In this document: in pieces, positions 1 to 10,484 of the stretch
Layout of the letters: each line of letters starts with the position of its first letter
Position numbering within the stretch: position 1 is the stretch's first letter
Source: Acidobacteriota bacterium
GTDB lineage: Bacteria > Acidobacteriota > UBA6911 > JACQSX01
DNA: 64,000 nt
Direction: 5' to 3'
NCBI GenBank assembly: GCA_036507075.1
Contig: DASXQR010000083.1
Location: forward strand, 1 to 64,000
The notes under the pieces: generated by a model
The model's input: only the letters and a program-made list of their open reading frames with translations
Database searches by the model: none
Told to the model about the DNA's origin: nothing
Position numbers and translations under genes: made by a program

Positions 1-285
1 CTTGCGGGGCAGGTGCAGCACGACGGGGTATCAGAGTGCAAGGTCCGCGTAGTGAAGAATCCTGCGCTACGCCCGGGCAAGCCCGGCGTGGGCGCCTCTC
101 GCCATCGCGCTACCACTAGCGATTCTGCTGTTACAGTGCACTAGTTTTTCAGTGTGTTAACGAAAATAGCCCGTAATCTCAGCGCATCCGAGTGATTCGT
201 CTCACATTTTGGCCCGCGGCTGGAAGTGACGGTCCTGCATGGATTTTGGCAAGGTTCTTTGGTTAGATTTTTCAGGCAGTGTGCC

Positions 286-1464
286 CTACGTCGGCGAGGC
301 GTTTCTATCCACAAAGGTGATTAATCGGCGGATTCCTTCTTCGAAGCGATCTGTGGGCGTCAGTAGACTGAGCACCAGAAATGCCTCTCCGGCGAAGTCG
401 TAAAAGTAGCCGGGATGTGTGAGAACATTTTCTTGCTCCAGCAGTGTGACCGACCACTCCTCTTCGGACCGCGTCGCGGGAACGCGCAGCACCACGTACC
501 AACCCCCTTCGACCGGCAACGGATGGCAAGTGGACTGTGCCGTGACATTTTCGAGAAACGCCAGGTTTCGCCGCAGCCGCTCGATCACTTGCGTCTGAAC
601 TTGCGTCCGCTGCTCCATCCATGCGGCCAGAGCATGCTGGACCGGCGCGCTCACCGACAGAAACGCGTCGGCGATAAACTCCAGACGGCGGCAAGCTTCC
701 TCCTTTTCCATTTGTGGACCCTGCACCAAGATCCAGCCGAGTTTCATTTGCGGAAGGCACAGGATTTTTGAGATGCCGCTGAGTACAAAATTCAGGCAGT
801 CCTGCCTGCCTCCCAAGCTGGTAATGGCCGAGGGCGACGGATTCAGCGCGTAATCAGCAAAGACCTCATCTGCAAGGAGAGCGATTTGCTCTCTGCGACA
901 GATTCCGGCCAGCTCACTGTATTCCGAGCGGGTGATAAACGTTCCGGTGGGATTATTGGGGTTGACAACAACCAGGCCTCTCGTTTTTTTATCGAGTTTC
1001 GATTCAAGGTCGTCGGAATTGATTCGCCAGCGCGTCTCAGAGTCAAGCAGGTACTGCACATTGGAGACTGACTCCAGCAGCGCCAGGTGCTCAAAGAGGG
1101 GATAGCTGGGGCGCGGCGTCAAAATGATTTCGCCCGGATTGACCAGCAATTTGAAAATCCACGAATAGGCTTCGCTGGTGCTTGCCGTAAGAAAGATGCT
1201 TTCCAAATCTACCTGAAGGCCTTTGGATTCGTAATAGGAGCGCACGGCCCGGCGCGCTTCTCTTGACCCTGCCGGATTCGGCTGGTAAGACATCGCCCGA
1301 TCGGCGTGAAGTGACGCGAGAAGCTGGTCCGGGTAACGGATTTCAGCGCGGGTCGGATTGGACTCGGTCAAATCGATAATCCGGACTCCACGCTGCATCT
1401 TTTCTGAAAGCAGCGTTGTCAGCCGGTTCAGCGGCGAATCAAATGCTACACGGCGGGAGAACAT
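286..1464 (-). CDS. PLP-dependent aminotransferase, class I/II
   Basis: Motifs NPNNPTG, ADEVF and SGISK...KLGW. Start placed at ATG 1464 (MFSRR); the longer ORF's extension is translated repeat. Confidence 0.9.
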   Translation of the reverse strand: MFSRRVAFDSPLNRLTTLLSEKMQRGVRIIDLTESNPTRAEIRYPDQLLASLHADRAMSYQPNPAGSREARRAVRSYYESKGLQVDLESIFLTASTSEAYSWIFKLLVNPGEIILTPRPSYPLFEHLALLESVSNVQYLLDSETRWRINSDDLESKLDKKTRGLVVVNPNNPTGTFITRSEYSELAGICRREQIALLADEVFADYALNPSPSAITSLGGRQDCLNFVLSGISKILCLPQMKLGWILVQGPQMEKEEACRRLEFIADAFLSVSAPVQHALAAWMEQRTQVQTQVIERLRRNLAFLENVTAQSTCHPLPVEGGWYVVLRVPATRSEEEWSVTLLEQENVLTHPGYFYDFAGEAFLVLSLLTPTDRFEEGIRRLITFVDRNASPT

Positions 1465-1489
1465 AGTTACAGGCAGCACAAGTGGTGGC

Positions 1490-1812
1490 GAAGCGGGAAA
1501 GTGGAAGGCGGGAGACAGGAGTCGGCAGGCAGGAGGCAGGAGGCAGAAGGCAGAAGGCACGAGGCAGAGGACGGAAGGCGGAAGGCGGATGGGGCCGGCA
1601 AACAGGGTTACAGTTATCTGTCATCTCCAAGCTATTACCTCGTCGGAAATCGTTCGATAGTCTCACTTCTTTAGCACAGCGTTTCCGCCCCTCTGCATCC
1701 CGCTCCACGTTCCACCTTCCAACTCCTGCCTCCTGCCTCCTACTTCCTGCCTCCCGCCTCCTGCCTCCTGCCTCCTGCCTTCTGCCTTCCGCCTTCTGCC
1801 TTCCGCCTTCCG
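1490..1812. repeat. Inverted pair of heptamer (GGCAGRA/GGCGGAA) arrays around a ~130-bp spacer
   Basis: GGCAGGAGGCAGAAGGCAGAAGG... at ~1500-1589 and the complementary CTGCCTCCTGCCTTCTGCCTTCCG... at ~1723-1812. Confidence 0.9.
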
Positions 1813-1816
1813 TCAG

Positions 1817-3148
1817 TCATTCCTCCCAGCCGCGGGCCCTGCAGATGTGCTGGTAGGCTTCATGGACTCTGCGAAACTGTTCGCTGGAAGCGGCCGCATC
1901 CGCTCGTGCAATCATATCGGGATGATAGCGCCGCGCCTGCCGCCGGTAGCCGGACTTGACTCGAGAACGATCGGCGCTGGGAGGGATTTCCAGGATGCGA
2001 AAGTAAGGCAACAGTGGGTCGGGTCTGCTTTGTGCGACAAAATCCGGCGCCGTGCCTTTGCTTTCAAATCCCTCCGCTTTGGCCGCAGTAATGCCAACTT
2101 CAGCAAGCATTGACGGCAGCAGATGCTGCATTTGCAGCTTCCCGGCAAAATCCTTCAACAGGCGTTCCTGCTGCCGGTTCCATCCGACTTCCACGGCCAC
2201 GGACACCAGCAGACGCAAAACTTCGCGGCGGAAACGGCGTCCCGCGCGGGAAAATTTCTGCAACGCCTCCTCTGTCTGTAGAGTATCGGGCCTGGCGCCC
2301 TGTAGTTGTTCTTCGATCTCCCGAACGATTGACTTGTTGAGACCCGCCCTGATCAAGCCTTCCAGCACACCACGGAGGCGCTGCCGATCGGTCTGGCCCG
2401 AAACGCCGGCGAAGACGCCCGCCACTCGAAACAGATCAGAACGTATTTTCCGAGACCAGCTTCCATGGCCTTTGTGGTACCAATGCTCCTGCAAGCCCCG
2501 CGCACATAACAAAGCACCCCACAGATATCCGAGTACAGCCAGAATGGCGGGCAGCGAAACCAGCAGCAGGAATGAAGTAAGCGCGCTCCAGCCCAGACCT
2601 CTGCCTACTGCTCGAAGACCGGCGTCGGGCAGCAGGAAGGAACCAAAAAACAAAAGAAAAAAGACCGCCGCCGCGCTCGCCAGGTAAAGACTGACACCCG
2701 CAGTCCCGCCGGCACGGAAACTCCGGGGGCGAAGATCGTCCCGGATCGCTTCCAGCGTGGCCGCAGCGCGTGCCGAGCGCGGGTGGTCCCTGACAAAATT
2801 TTCCAATTGCCCGAGCGCCTCAGCAGTCTTCGAGTTTGCGATCTGCGCGCTCGCCAGATAGACGGCGGCCTGCTCATTGCCGGGGTCGATTGCCGAGGCC
2901 TTCTGAAACCAGAGTTCCGCTTCGGAAAACCGCTTCAGCTTGAAATAGCTGAAGCCGGCGCCAAAGGCCGCCTGGAAACTAGGTTGCCAGTTGTAAGCTT
3001 CTTCAAATCGGCGAGATGCTCCTTCGAAGTCTCCCTTGTCCAGACAAGCGCTCCCATCGAAAAGATAGGACGCAGCCCGGTCGTTATCCTGACCCATGAC
3101 AACGGAAACCACAATAAAGATTCCAAGGAAAGGTGCGACGCGGCGCAT
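1817..3148 (-). CDS. Signal peptide + TPR + TM + TerB-like + DnaJ (J-domain) protein, DjlA-like co-chaperone
   Basis: Hydrophobic N-terminus, TPR-like helices, two hydrophobic segments, and a C-terminal J domain YFRILEI...RRYHPD...FRRVHEAY. Confidence 0.75.
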   Translation of the reverse strand: MRRVAPFLGIFIVVSVVMGQDNDRAASYLFDGSACLDKGDFEGASRRFEEAYNWQPSFQAAFGAGFSYFKLKRFSEAELWFQKASAIDPGNEQAAVYLASAQIANSKTAEALGQLENFVRDHPRSARAAATLEAIRDDLRPRSFRAGGTAGVSLYLASAAAVFFLLFFGSFLLPDAGLRAVGRGLGWSALTSFLLLVSLPAILAVLGYLWGALLCARGLQEHWYHKGHGSWSRKIRSDLFRVAGVFAGVSGQTDRQRLRGVLEGLIRAGLNKSIVREIEEQLQGARPDTLQTEEALQKFSRAGRRFRREVLRLLVSVAVEVGWNRQQERLLKDFAGKLQMQHLLPSMLAEVGITAAKAEGFESKGTAPDFVAQSRPDPLLPYFRILEIPPSADRSRVKSGYRRQARRYHPDMIARADAAASSEQFRRVHEAYQHICRARGWEE

Positions 3149-3235
3149 GGCTTATTATTGCAGATTTTAAAGTGAACTTTCCTGGCGCTTGTGGAATCTA
3201 ATCAGGAAGCCACACGGCCGGTTTGGAGAAAAGAA

Positions 3236-3904
3236 ATGAAAAAGTTAGCAATTGCGATCATTGCGATCGGCTCCGTTCTGGGAGCGGATCTGGACAGCCT
3301 CGTGATTCCCGCCAAAACTGATATTTTCGTTACCCTGAAGCGAGGCATAAGCACACGGACTGCGGCGCCAGGAGACAAGTTCTATGGCGAGGTTGCGGTG
3401 CCTGTGACGATCAAAGACGAGATTGTGATTCCAGAGGGGAGTACCATCATCGGCCATGTAGAGTCACTGCGTCGACCCGGGCATCTGAAGGGCAAGGGCG
3501 AACTGGAGTTGCGGTTCGACAGTGTCATCCTGCCCGATGGCGTTACGCGAGACATGCGCGCAGTCGTTTCATCTACGGAAAATTATTCGACAAACCGCGT
3601 CTCACAGACCGAGGGAACCGTGGTGGCGGGAGGCACCCAGGCCGGTGAGACGGCAGAAGGCGCCGTCAAGGGCGCTGTCACCGGCGCTCCGATAGGCGCC
3701 ATCGCCGGCGCGGTCAGGGGCGGAGCCCTGAAGGGCGCAGGCGTCGGCGGAATGGTTGGCGCGGCCGGCGGGGCATTGCTGGGAGTTTTCAAACGCGGAA
3801 AGGACGTGGAATTCCGCAGAGGGGACTCTATTACGATTCAGCTCACCGACGCCGTTCGCCTGGTAACACCTGAGCCACCGGCGCAGGGGCAGAGATTGAA
3901 GTAG
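3236..3904 (+). CDS. Exported TrbI/VirB10-like protein with glycine zipper
   Basis: GGAGA RBS before ATG 3236. Signal peptide MKKLAIAIIAIG, IPEGSTIIGHV...GELELRFD beta motif, and a GAxxGAxxG zipper. Confidence 0.65.
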   Translation: MKKLAIAIIAIGSVLGADLDSLVIPAKTDIFVTLKRGISTRTAAPGDKFYGEVAVPVTIKDEIVIPEGSTIIGHVESLRRPGHLKGKGELELRFDSVILPDGVTRDMRAVVSSTENYSTNRVSQTEGTVVAGGTQAGETAEGAVKGAVTGAPIGAIAGAVRGGALKGAGVGGMVGAAGGALLGVFKRGKDVEFRRGDSITIQLTDAVRLVTPEPPAQGQRLK

Positions 3905-3927
3905 GACCGCTTGTTTCTGAGGAGATT

Positions 3928-4098
3928 GCGGAAGGCGGAAAGCGGAAGGCGGAAGGCGGAAGGCAAGGAGGCAGGAGGCAGTAAGCGGGAAGGCAGGAGG
4001 CAGGAAGGCAGGAGGAAGGAGGCAGGAAGCGGGAAGGCTAGCCGAACCGCTTACTGCCTCCTGCCTCCTGCCTTCCGCTTTCCGCCTTCCGCTTTCCG
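3928..4098. repeat. Palindromic heptamer array (GGAAGGC/GGCAGGA) between convergent genes
   Basis: GCGGAAGGCGGAAAGCGGAAGGC... followed by CTGCCTCCTGCCTTCCGCTTTCCGCCTTCCG. Confidence 0.9.
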
Positions 4099-4100
4099 GA

Positions 4101-4835
4101 TCAATCCCGCCGGCAGTACCAAAGATCCTTAATCGCCCCAAATTCAGCAAAGGGGCTGATGGGTTCGCGGCGCCGCACCCGAAGACCCGCCTGCACCAGG
4201 GCGACGTCGATTTCTGAAGCCGCAAAATAGCGCTCGTCGATGACCTGAACCTGCGGCTTTCTGCCGCGCCGAGTAATAGTCAACGTGCAGCGTGCATGCC
4301 GCCGGTCGGGATCAAAGTGGCTGTGCATGTGGATGTGAATGTCATTGATGGCGTCTTCCTCGTCATGGTTCCACAGTATCTGGAAGGCGCGAAGATTGTT
4401 TACATCGAAGATGAAGCGGCCTTCGTTTGACAGCGCCCGATAGACGGAAACAAAGCAATGCCGGAGCGCCTCAATCGAGAGAAGATGATTGATACTGTCA
4501 AAGGCACAGACGACCAGGTCTTGTGCCTCGGGCACCTGGAATTGCTGCATGCGCGCTTCAATCCAGCAAACGTCAAGCCCTTCCCTTTTCGCCTTTGAAC
4601 GGGCCTTACCCAGCATCTCGGACGAGATGTCCACGCCACAAACCTTCTTGCCCAGCTTCGCCGCTGCCAGCGCGAGCGTACCGGTTCCACAGGCAAGATC
4701 GGTAATGCGTTCGGCACTGTGGATCTCCGGCTGCAGCTTGTGAAAGAGCCACTCGGTGTAAGCAAGCGGTTCCTCGCGATACCAGAGATCGTAAATGTCG
4801 GCGATGGCTTTGTAGGAATTTTGACGCGGGAGCAT
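4101..4835 (-). CDS. Class I SAM-dependent methyltransferase
   Basis: DLACGTG motif I, GVDIS, CAFDSINHL and GRFIFDV. An alternative TTG start lies at 4847. Confidence 0.9.
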   Translation of the reverse strand: MLPRQNSYKAIADIYDLWYREEPLAYTEWLFHKLQPEIHSAERITDLACGTGTLALAAAKLGKKVCGVDISSEMLGKARSKAKREGLDVCWIEARMQQFQVPEAQDLVVCAFDSINHLLSIEALRHCFVSVYRALSNEGRFIFDVNNLRAFQILWNHDEEDAINDIHIHMHSHFDPDRRHARCTLTITRRGRKPQVQVIDERYFAASEIDVALVQAGLRVRRREPISPFAEFGAIKDLWYCRRD

Positions 4836-4988
4836 GACCGATCCCAATTACGAATTCAGATCACCACAAAGGCATAGCCCGGCCGCAGGCCCCAACCAAA
4901 AGGCCGTCCATGTTCACGAGCCTGCAGTGGCAGAAACGCAACCAAAAAGAGAGCACGTCGCAGTCTAAAGGATTGAATTGTCGGTCTG

Positions 4989-5158
4989 GACGCTGAAAGC
5001 GTCAAAGAGAATAGCCCGGGGGCAAGCGCTTTTTTTGCGCGCCGCCCCCGGTGAGCTTCCCCCAACCAGCGCACCCTGAAAGGGTGCCAGCCTCGACCGG
5101 GGGCGGCGCGCAAAAAAAGCGCTTGCCCCCGGCTATTCTCTTTGACCGCTTCGCGGTC
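4989..5158. repeat. REP-like long palindrome: ~51-bp inverted arms with internal CTGAAAG hairpins
   Basis: 5001-5052 and 5096-5146 are reverse complements apart from one indel. Hairpins GACGCTGAAAGCGTC and GCACCCTGAAAGGGTGC. Confidence 0.9.
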
Positions 5159-5160
5159 TA

Positions 5161-5182
5161 GAGACGGCCCTCAGGCCGTCTC
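5161..5182. repeat. 22-bp REP-like hairpin GAGACGGCCCTCAGGCCGTCTC (copy 1 of 3)
   Basis: Identical copies at 33092-33113 and, inverted, at 33048-33069. Confidence 0.9.
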
Positions 5183-5264
5183 TCCACTTCCCAACGTGCA
5201 ATGAAAAATGTGGTTAAGAAAACCACATTCCACAGTCCAGTAACAAAAGGGCACAAAAAGGTCT

Positions 5265-8200
5265 TTACTTTCGTCCTCTCAGGAACGCAAGCAGGTCCGC
5301 CATCTGCCTCACATCAATCTGCTTTTCCAGATCTCCAGGCATTCCGGAAACAGCGGATGCGCGTGCTTCCTTTATGTTCTTGCGCAATACGACTTCCTCG
5401 CGCCCGTCTTCATGCCGAAGCGTGATTGCCGTCGGTGTCTGAGCCGCGATCGTGCCATCCACGAGCCCGCCATTCTGCAACTCGATGACGTATACTTCAT
5501 AGTTTTGGGCGATGGCTTTGCCCGGGATGAGAATGTCAGTGAGCAGGATTTCCGGAGCGTGACTGCGCACTGGATTCAGGTCAGGTCCGAACTTTCCTCC
5601 GCTCCCATTAATTTGATGACACTTTGAACAATTTTTCCGGAATACCTGTGCCCCATTGGAAACATCCCCCTGCTCCTCCAGGGACGGCTTGTATTTCTGC
5701 AGAACTTTTTCGCGGTCCGATACGGCCTGTCTGAGCAGATCTCTTACCGTCTCGCGCACCACCGGGTCCGGATTCATGATCAGCCGGCGCCGGTGCCGCT
5801 CGCTCAGGGTCCACGGTTGAATGGAGCCCTGCTTTAAGGCTTTAACGAGCAGCTCAAGCCGCGCAGAATTGCGGAAGAAACCATCGCCTGCTTCCATCCG
5901 GACCGGCGCTGTCATCGCTTTCCATTTATCGATCAGGAGTTTTACTGCCCCTGCGTCCTTAACCCTTGCCAGTGCCCCGGCCGCAGCCGCCTGCACCTCT
6001 TCCGGTTCGTGCGGAGACAGCAACCGGGTCCACAGCGGTTGGTACTTGTCGACATCTTCAATTCTTAACAAGCGGATCGAGTCGGCTCTTAACTGCGCCT
6101 CCCCCTCCGGATTCGCGGCCACTTCCGCAGCCCGCGTCAGCGCGGCATAAGCAGCCGGATCCTTCGGCAAACCGATCTGTTGCAGCAGGTGAAGCGCGGC
6201 GCCACGAACGGCACGATCAGGATCAGCGAATAAGGACAACAGCAGGTCCTGATCAGCTCTGACACCGGCAACCGCCTGGGTTGATTCCCGACGGTCTCCA
6301 GAACCCTCAGCCAGCCCTTCAAGGCCGGCGGAACGCCACCACCCGGTTCCCTGGCGAATGTTTGCCGCGATTTTTTCAATCACACGATGCCGTTCATTGC
6401 CGGAAGCGCGCGCCGCGATATCGGCGCAAACAAGACGGAAAAAGGAAGCGCGGGCTTTCGTTTCATGGGATGCCAGTACCGAGACTGCCCGCTCGAACAG
6501 CAAATAAGCATCCTTGCCCGCTCCACTAAGACCCGCCAGCTGCATCCACTCGTCTTCGACATGTGCAAAAAGCAACTGCTGCCGCGCCGCCCGGGCTTTG
6601 GGCGAATCGACATTCCCGAGCGTGCAGAGCAGTTGCAGGCGGACCCTGGCATCCGGATCGGTTGCCATCGATATCAGTTTTTCAGGCAGAGCGGTAAAGT
6701 CATGCAGGTGGTTCTCGGCGAGCCTGATGGCATTTTCGCGGATACCTGGCTCTGTCGCACCGAGCGCACTTTCAATCAGCTCTTGCGGAAGTTTGTTCAA
6801 ACCTTCCAAAGTCCAAAGCGCGTGCAGCCGAGTGAAGGGAGATTCACTGGCCTTGAACAGTTGAACCAACGCATCTACTTCCGGTGTGCGCCGGTCAATC
6901 AGCAGACGCTGGACGGTACGTCGCATCCAGATGTTCGAGCTGCCAAGCTGCCGAATCAGTTCCGCATCGGAAGCATTTCCCAACCGGACCTTGCCCGGGA
7001 ACGCCGCCGGCTGAGGAGAATCCGGAACAATCCTGAAAATCCGTCCCCTGTCTATTCCCTGGTAAAGATCTTTGGACTGATTTACCTCGCGCGACATCCA
7101 TTCCGGATGTTCGATGATTTGGCGATAGTAATCGACCAGGTACAAAGCTCCCTCCGGCCCGACATAAAGATTCACCGGTCGAAACCAGCTGTCGGTAGAA
7201 GAGAGAAACTCGGATCCTTCCGTAAGACGCCTGGCTGTAAACGTGGTCCCGGAGCCGGCCAGCACGTCGGCGTGCACCAGATTGTGAACCGGTTCGGCCA
7301 CAAAACAGACATTGGCGTACCTTGCGCCAAACAGACCTCCCAGATACCAGGTAAGACTGCACGCGGAAGTGAACTGCCCGATATCGGTCAGCATCTGATG
7401 CTGCGGATTTCGTGTGATCGGGAAAACAGGAGAGGCGTTGCCGTGATCGGAAACATCCTGCATCACCCGGGAGGCAATCAGATTGGGATTTCGCTGCAGA
7501 TAACCAGGGCCTATGACTTCGTGGCGCAAATGATTCGAGTTGTTGAGCGTAAAATGATGACCCCAGGCGTCAAACGCGTGTCCGAACTGCGAACTTCCCG
7601 AGAGCAGTTCCACCTGATGCGTTTCGGGACGGAAGCGAACGTTGCGCGCGGGGTCTTCCTCCTCATCGTCCGCCTGGGCCGACTTTTGCGCGGCATCCGG
7701 CCGGGGCGCTCCGTGCTGCTCGCCGCCCTGATCGGCGAAGCGGATCGATCCTCCGCGGTCGCCAAATTTCTCCGGGAACAGTATCGTCCTTGCCGGCGAT
7801 TCGTGCGCCACATAGATCCAGTTATCCAGACCGTACAGAGGAGTGTTTACAGTGTGCTGCGGATTGGTGACGGCAAATCCGGTGAGAATCACCTCGCGCC
7901 TGTCGGCGCGATTATCACCGTCAGTGTCTTCCAGATAAAGAACATTGGGTGGATCCGTCACCAGCACGCCTTTCTTCCAACGTATTATTCCGGTGGGAAG
8001 GACCAGTTTGTCGGCAAACGTCGTGCTGCTGTCCGGGCGGCCGTCGCCATCGGTGTCTTCCAGCAGTTTTACTCGCCCCGTGCCGCTCGTATCGAGAGGA
8101 TAGCCGGGCATCTCGACGACGAATATACGGCCGTACTCGTCAAAATCCATCGCCACGGGGCTGGCGATCAGCGGCTCGGAGGCGAAAAGCTCAACTCGAA

Positions 8201-8357
8201 AACCGGGTGCAATCTGAAAGGTTTGAAGAGACTGGCTGGGGGTGAAGGGTGGGATAGACGGGTGAGTGCAGCCTGTGGGAGAGCAAAGAAGTACCACAAA
8301 GACACAAAGGACACAGAGAACTGCGGCGTGTGTTCTTCCTGCTTCCGGTGTGAACAC
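5265..8357 (-). CDS. PVC-type heme-binding CxxCH protein (putative membrane-bound dehydrogenase: beta-propeller, HEAT repeats, cytochrome c)
   Basis: GFRVELFASEP...PVAMDFDEYGR, LEDTDGDGRPD, WFRPVN, HEAT-like helices, C-terminal CSKCH with distal SGMP. Confidence 0.9.
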   Translation of the reverse strand: MFTPEAGRTHAAVLCVLCVFVVLLCSPTGCTHPSIPPFTPSQSLQTFQIAPGFRVELFASEPLIASPVAMDFDEYGRIFVVEMPGYPLDTSGTGRVKLLEDTDGDGRPDSSTTFADKLVLPTGIIRWKKGVLVTDPPNVLYLEDTDGDNRADRREVILTGFAVTNPQHTVNTPLYGLDNWIYVAHESPARTILFPEKFGDRGGSIRFADQGGEQHGAPRPDAAQKSAQADDEEEDPARNVRFRPETHQVELLSGSSQFGHAFDAWGHHFTLNNSNHLRHEVIGPGYLQRNPNLIASRVMQDVSDHGNASPVFPITRNPQHQMLTDIGQFTSACSLTWYLGGLFGARYANVCFVAEPVHNLVHADVLAGSGTTFTARRLTEGSEFLSSTDSWFRPVNLYVGPEGALYLVDYYRQIIEHPEWMSREVNQSKDLYQGIDRGRIFRIVPDSPQPAAFPGKVRLGNASDAELIRQLGSSNIWMRRTVQRLLIDRRTPEVDALVQLFKASESPFTRLHALWTLEGLNKLPQELIESALGATEPGIRENAIRLAENHLHDFTALPEKLISMATDPDARVRLQLLCTLGNVDSPKARAARQQLLFAHVEDEWMQLAGLSGAGKDAYLLFERAVSVLASHETKARASFFRLVCADIAARASGNERHRVIEKIAANIRQGTGWWRSAGLEGLAEGSGDRRESTQAVAGVRADQDLLLSLFADPDRAVRGAALHLLQQIGLPKDPAAYAALTRAAEVAANPEGEAQLRADSIRLLRIEDVDKYQPLWTRLLSPHEPEEVQAAAAGALARVKDAGAVKLLIDKWKAMTAPVRMEAGDGFFRNSARLELLVKALKQGSIQPWTLSERHRRRLIMNPDPVVRETVRDLLRQAVSDREKVLQKYKPSLEEQGDVSNGAQVFRKNCSKCHQINGSGGKFGPDLNPVRSHAPEILLTDILIPGKAIAQNYEVYVIELQNGGLVDGTIAAQTPTAITLRHEDGREEVVLRKNIKEARASAVSGMPGDLEKQIDVRQMADLLAFLRGRK

Positions 8358-8359
8358 TC

Positions 8360-8635
8360 CTACTCGGGAGAGATCTTGAGAGATTTTAAAAACTTGGCAT
8401 CCTGCGAGGTCAGCTGCAACCTCACAGTCTTGGTATTCGATTTTACACGAGTCGCAGGTTCCGACTGGGAATCCGTGCGATTGAAGCCAATAGTGGCTTC
8501 GATGATCAAAAAGACCTCGTAGCCCGCTTCGCGGATATCCTGAATGGTAACGTTGATCTTAGACGATTCCGTGAGGGATTCATTGATGGCGCTTTCGAGT
8601 TTCTTCCGTAATTCTTTGAGTTCTTCTTCCTGCAT
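8360..8635 (-). CDS. Small hypothetical protein (91 aa)
   Basis: ATG start, protein-like composition, ends 2 nt before the next gene's start. Confidence 0.7.
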   Translation of the reverse strand: MQEEELKELRKKLESAINESLTESSKINVTIQDIREAGYEVFLIIEATIGFNRTDSQSEPATRVKSNTKTVRLQLTSQDAKFLKSLKISPE

Positions 8636-8714
8636 GCGAAATAAAACCTGTGATTTAACTGCTTAATTGATATCGATTTGGCTGCGCCAGGGTCAAATTG
8701 GCGGGTATGATAGC

Positions 8715-10370
8715 ATGGCAAAAGTGGTCATGCAAAAAAATAATACCGCTGACAAAATTGCAAAGTCTGCAGTTCATGAGACCCGCGCGCGCCAACCTCA
8801 GAATTCATTAAATACTACACACAAACCATTTTACCAGCCCGATGATGTAACTCATATCTCTTACCGGAAAGACCTGGGCGACCCGGGCAGTTTTCCGTTT
8901 ACGCGCGGGATCCACTCTGAAATGTACCGGGCGCGGCTCTGGACGATGCGCCAGTACGCCGGTTACGCGACAGCCGAAGATTCAAACAAACGCTACCGCT
9001 ACCTGCTTTCTCAGGGGCAGACCGGATTGAGCGTGGCCTTCGACCTGCCCACGCAGATCGGTCTCGATTCGGATGATCCGCTCGCCGCCGGAGAAGTGGG
9101 CAAGGTGGGGGTGGCCATCGACAGCCTCGATGATATGGACAGACTGTTTGAGGGGATTCCGCAAGACTCGGTCTCCACGTCGATGACCATCAATGCACCG
9201 GCTTCCATTCTGCTTTGCATGTACTACGCCGTTGCGCGGCGCAGGGGAATCCCCGGCTCGGAACTTCGCGGCACGATCCAAAACGACATACTCAAGGAAT
9301 ACATTGCGCGCGGCACGTATATTTTCCCGGCGCAGCATTCGCTGCGGCTGACTACCGACACTTTTGAATTCTGCGCGCGCGAGCTTCCGCAGTGGAATCC
9401 AATCAGCGTGAGTGGATACCATGTTCGCGAGGCAGGCTCGACGGCAGCACAGGAAATTTCTTTTACGCTGGCGAACGCGATTGTTTATACCGAAGCGGCT
9501 TTGAAGGCGGGATTGAAACTGAAGGATTTTGCCGCCCGGATTTCGTTCTTTTTCAACGCCCATAACAACCTGTTTGAAGAGGTTGCCAAGTTTCGCGCTG
9601 CGCGAAAGTTATGGGCGCGACTGGTGGTGGAACGCTTCGGCTGCAATGATCCGAAGTGTGCTCGAATGAGGTTCCACGCGCAGACAGCGGGCAGCACGCT
9701 TACTGCCCAGCAGCCTGACAACAACGTAATACGCGTCGCCTATCAAGCGCTGGCCGCGATCCTGGGAGGAGCGCAGTCTCTGCATACAAACGGAAGGGAC
9801 GAAGCGCTGGCCTTGCCTACCGAGGACAGCGCGACGCTGGCATTACGAACCCAGCAGATCCTTGCTTATGAGAGCGGAGTTGCCGAGGTGGCGGATCCGC
9901 TCGGGGGATCGTATCTGATCGAAAACCTGACGGCAAAACTGGAAGCAGAAGCCTGGTCCTACCTGGAAAGAATCGATCGTATGGGCGGGATGCTGCGCGC
10001 CATCGAGACAGGGTTTGTGCAGCAGGAAATCCAGGAGGCTGCTTATCGGCAACAGAAACGAATTGAACATGAAGAACAGATCGTGGTTGGGGTAAATCGC
10101 TTCACCGAGCCGTCGCCGGGAAAGGTTTCGCTGCTTCGGGTTCCAGAAGAACTGGAGCGAGCCCAGGTGGAGAGAGTAAGAGCTCTGCGCGCCCGAAGAA
10201 ATCGTGAGAGAGCTGAAAGCGCAATGAAAAGACTGGTGGACACAGCGCCCCAGCGAGGCAATCTGCTCTATCCGATATTGGAGTGCGTCGAGTCCCAGGT
10301 GACTGTGGGCGAAATCGTGAAGTCACTGAAAGGGGTATTCGGTGAACACCAGGAGACTATCGTAATTTAG
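8715..10370 (+). CDS. Methylmalonyl-CoA mutase, large (substrate-binding) subunit
   Basis: [46 protein letters not shown]. The Tyr/Arg specificity residues are MCM-type. No B12-binding domain. Confidence 0.93.
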   Translation: MAKVVMQKNNTADKIAKSAVHETRARQPQNSLNTTHKPFYQPDDVTHISYRKDLGDPGSFPFTRGIHSEMYRARLWTMRQYAGYATAEDSNKRYRYLLSQGQTGLSVAFDLPTQIGLDSDDPLAAGEVGKVGVAIDSLDDMDRLFEGIPQDSVSTSMTINAPASILLCMYYAVARRRGIPGSELRGTIQNDILKEYIARGTYIFPAQHSLRLTTDTFEFCARELPQWNPISVSGYHVREAGSTAAQEISFTLANAIVYTEAALKAGLKLKDFAARISFFFNAHNNLFEEVAKFRAARKLWARLVVERFGCNDPKCARMRFHAQTAGSTLTAQQPDNNVIRVAYQALAAILGGAQSLHTNGRDEALALPTEDSATLALRTQQILAYESGVAEVADPLGGSYLIENLTAKLEAEAWSYLERIDRMGGMLRAIETGFVQQEIQEAAYRQQKRIEHEEQIVVGVNRFTEPSPGKVSLLRVPEELERAQVERVRALRARRNRERAESAMKRLVDTAPQRGNLLYPILECVESQVTVGEIVKSLKGVFGEHQETIVI

Positions 10371-10390
10371 GGCTGAAAGACATTTTCAGG

Positions 10391-10446
10391 CATAGAGACG
10401 CGGTATGCCGTGTCAGAGCTCAGACGCGGCATGCTACGTCTCTATG
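10391..10446. repeat. GTAG-type REP-like doublet hairpin
   Basis: CATAGAGACGCGGTATGCCGTGTCAGAGCTCAGACGCGGCATGCTACGTCTCTATG, homologous to 63139-63189 plus 63394-63412. Confidence 0.8.
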
Positions 10447-10484
10447 GTCACCGATCCACTAAAACCGAGTGTTAACTAACTGGC

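Noticed and set aside
1..285. Gene or RNA at the window start
   Set aside because: No convincing ORF or structured RNA was recognised.
1590..1722. Four-helix-bundle gene remnant between heptamer arms
   Set aside because: No recognisable protein similarity by eye. tBLASTx would be needed.
1358..1856. Small ORFs rich in RRQKAEG / SAFCLLP / SHSPTLP (also near 3911, 11394-11952, 24081, 61309)
   Set aside because: They are translations of tandem repeats.
3236..3904. Conjugation / type IV secretion system
   Set aside because: This is an isolated VirB10-like fold with no other T4SS genes nearby.
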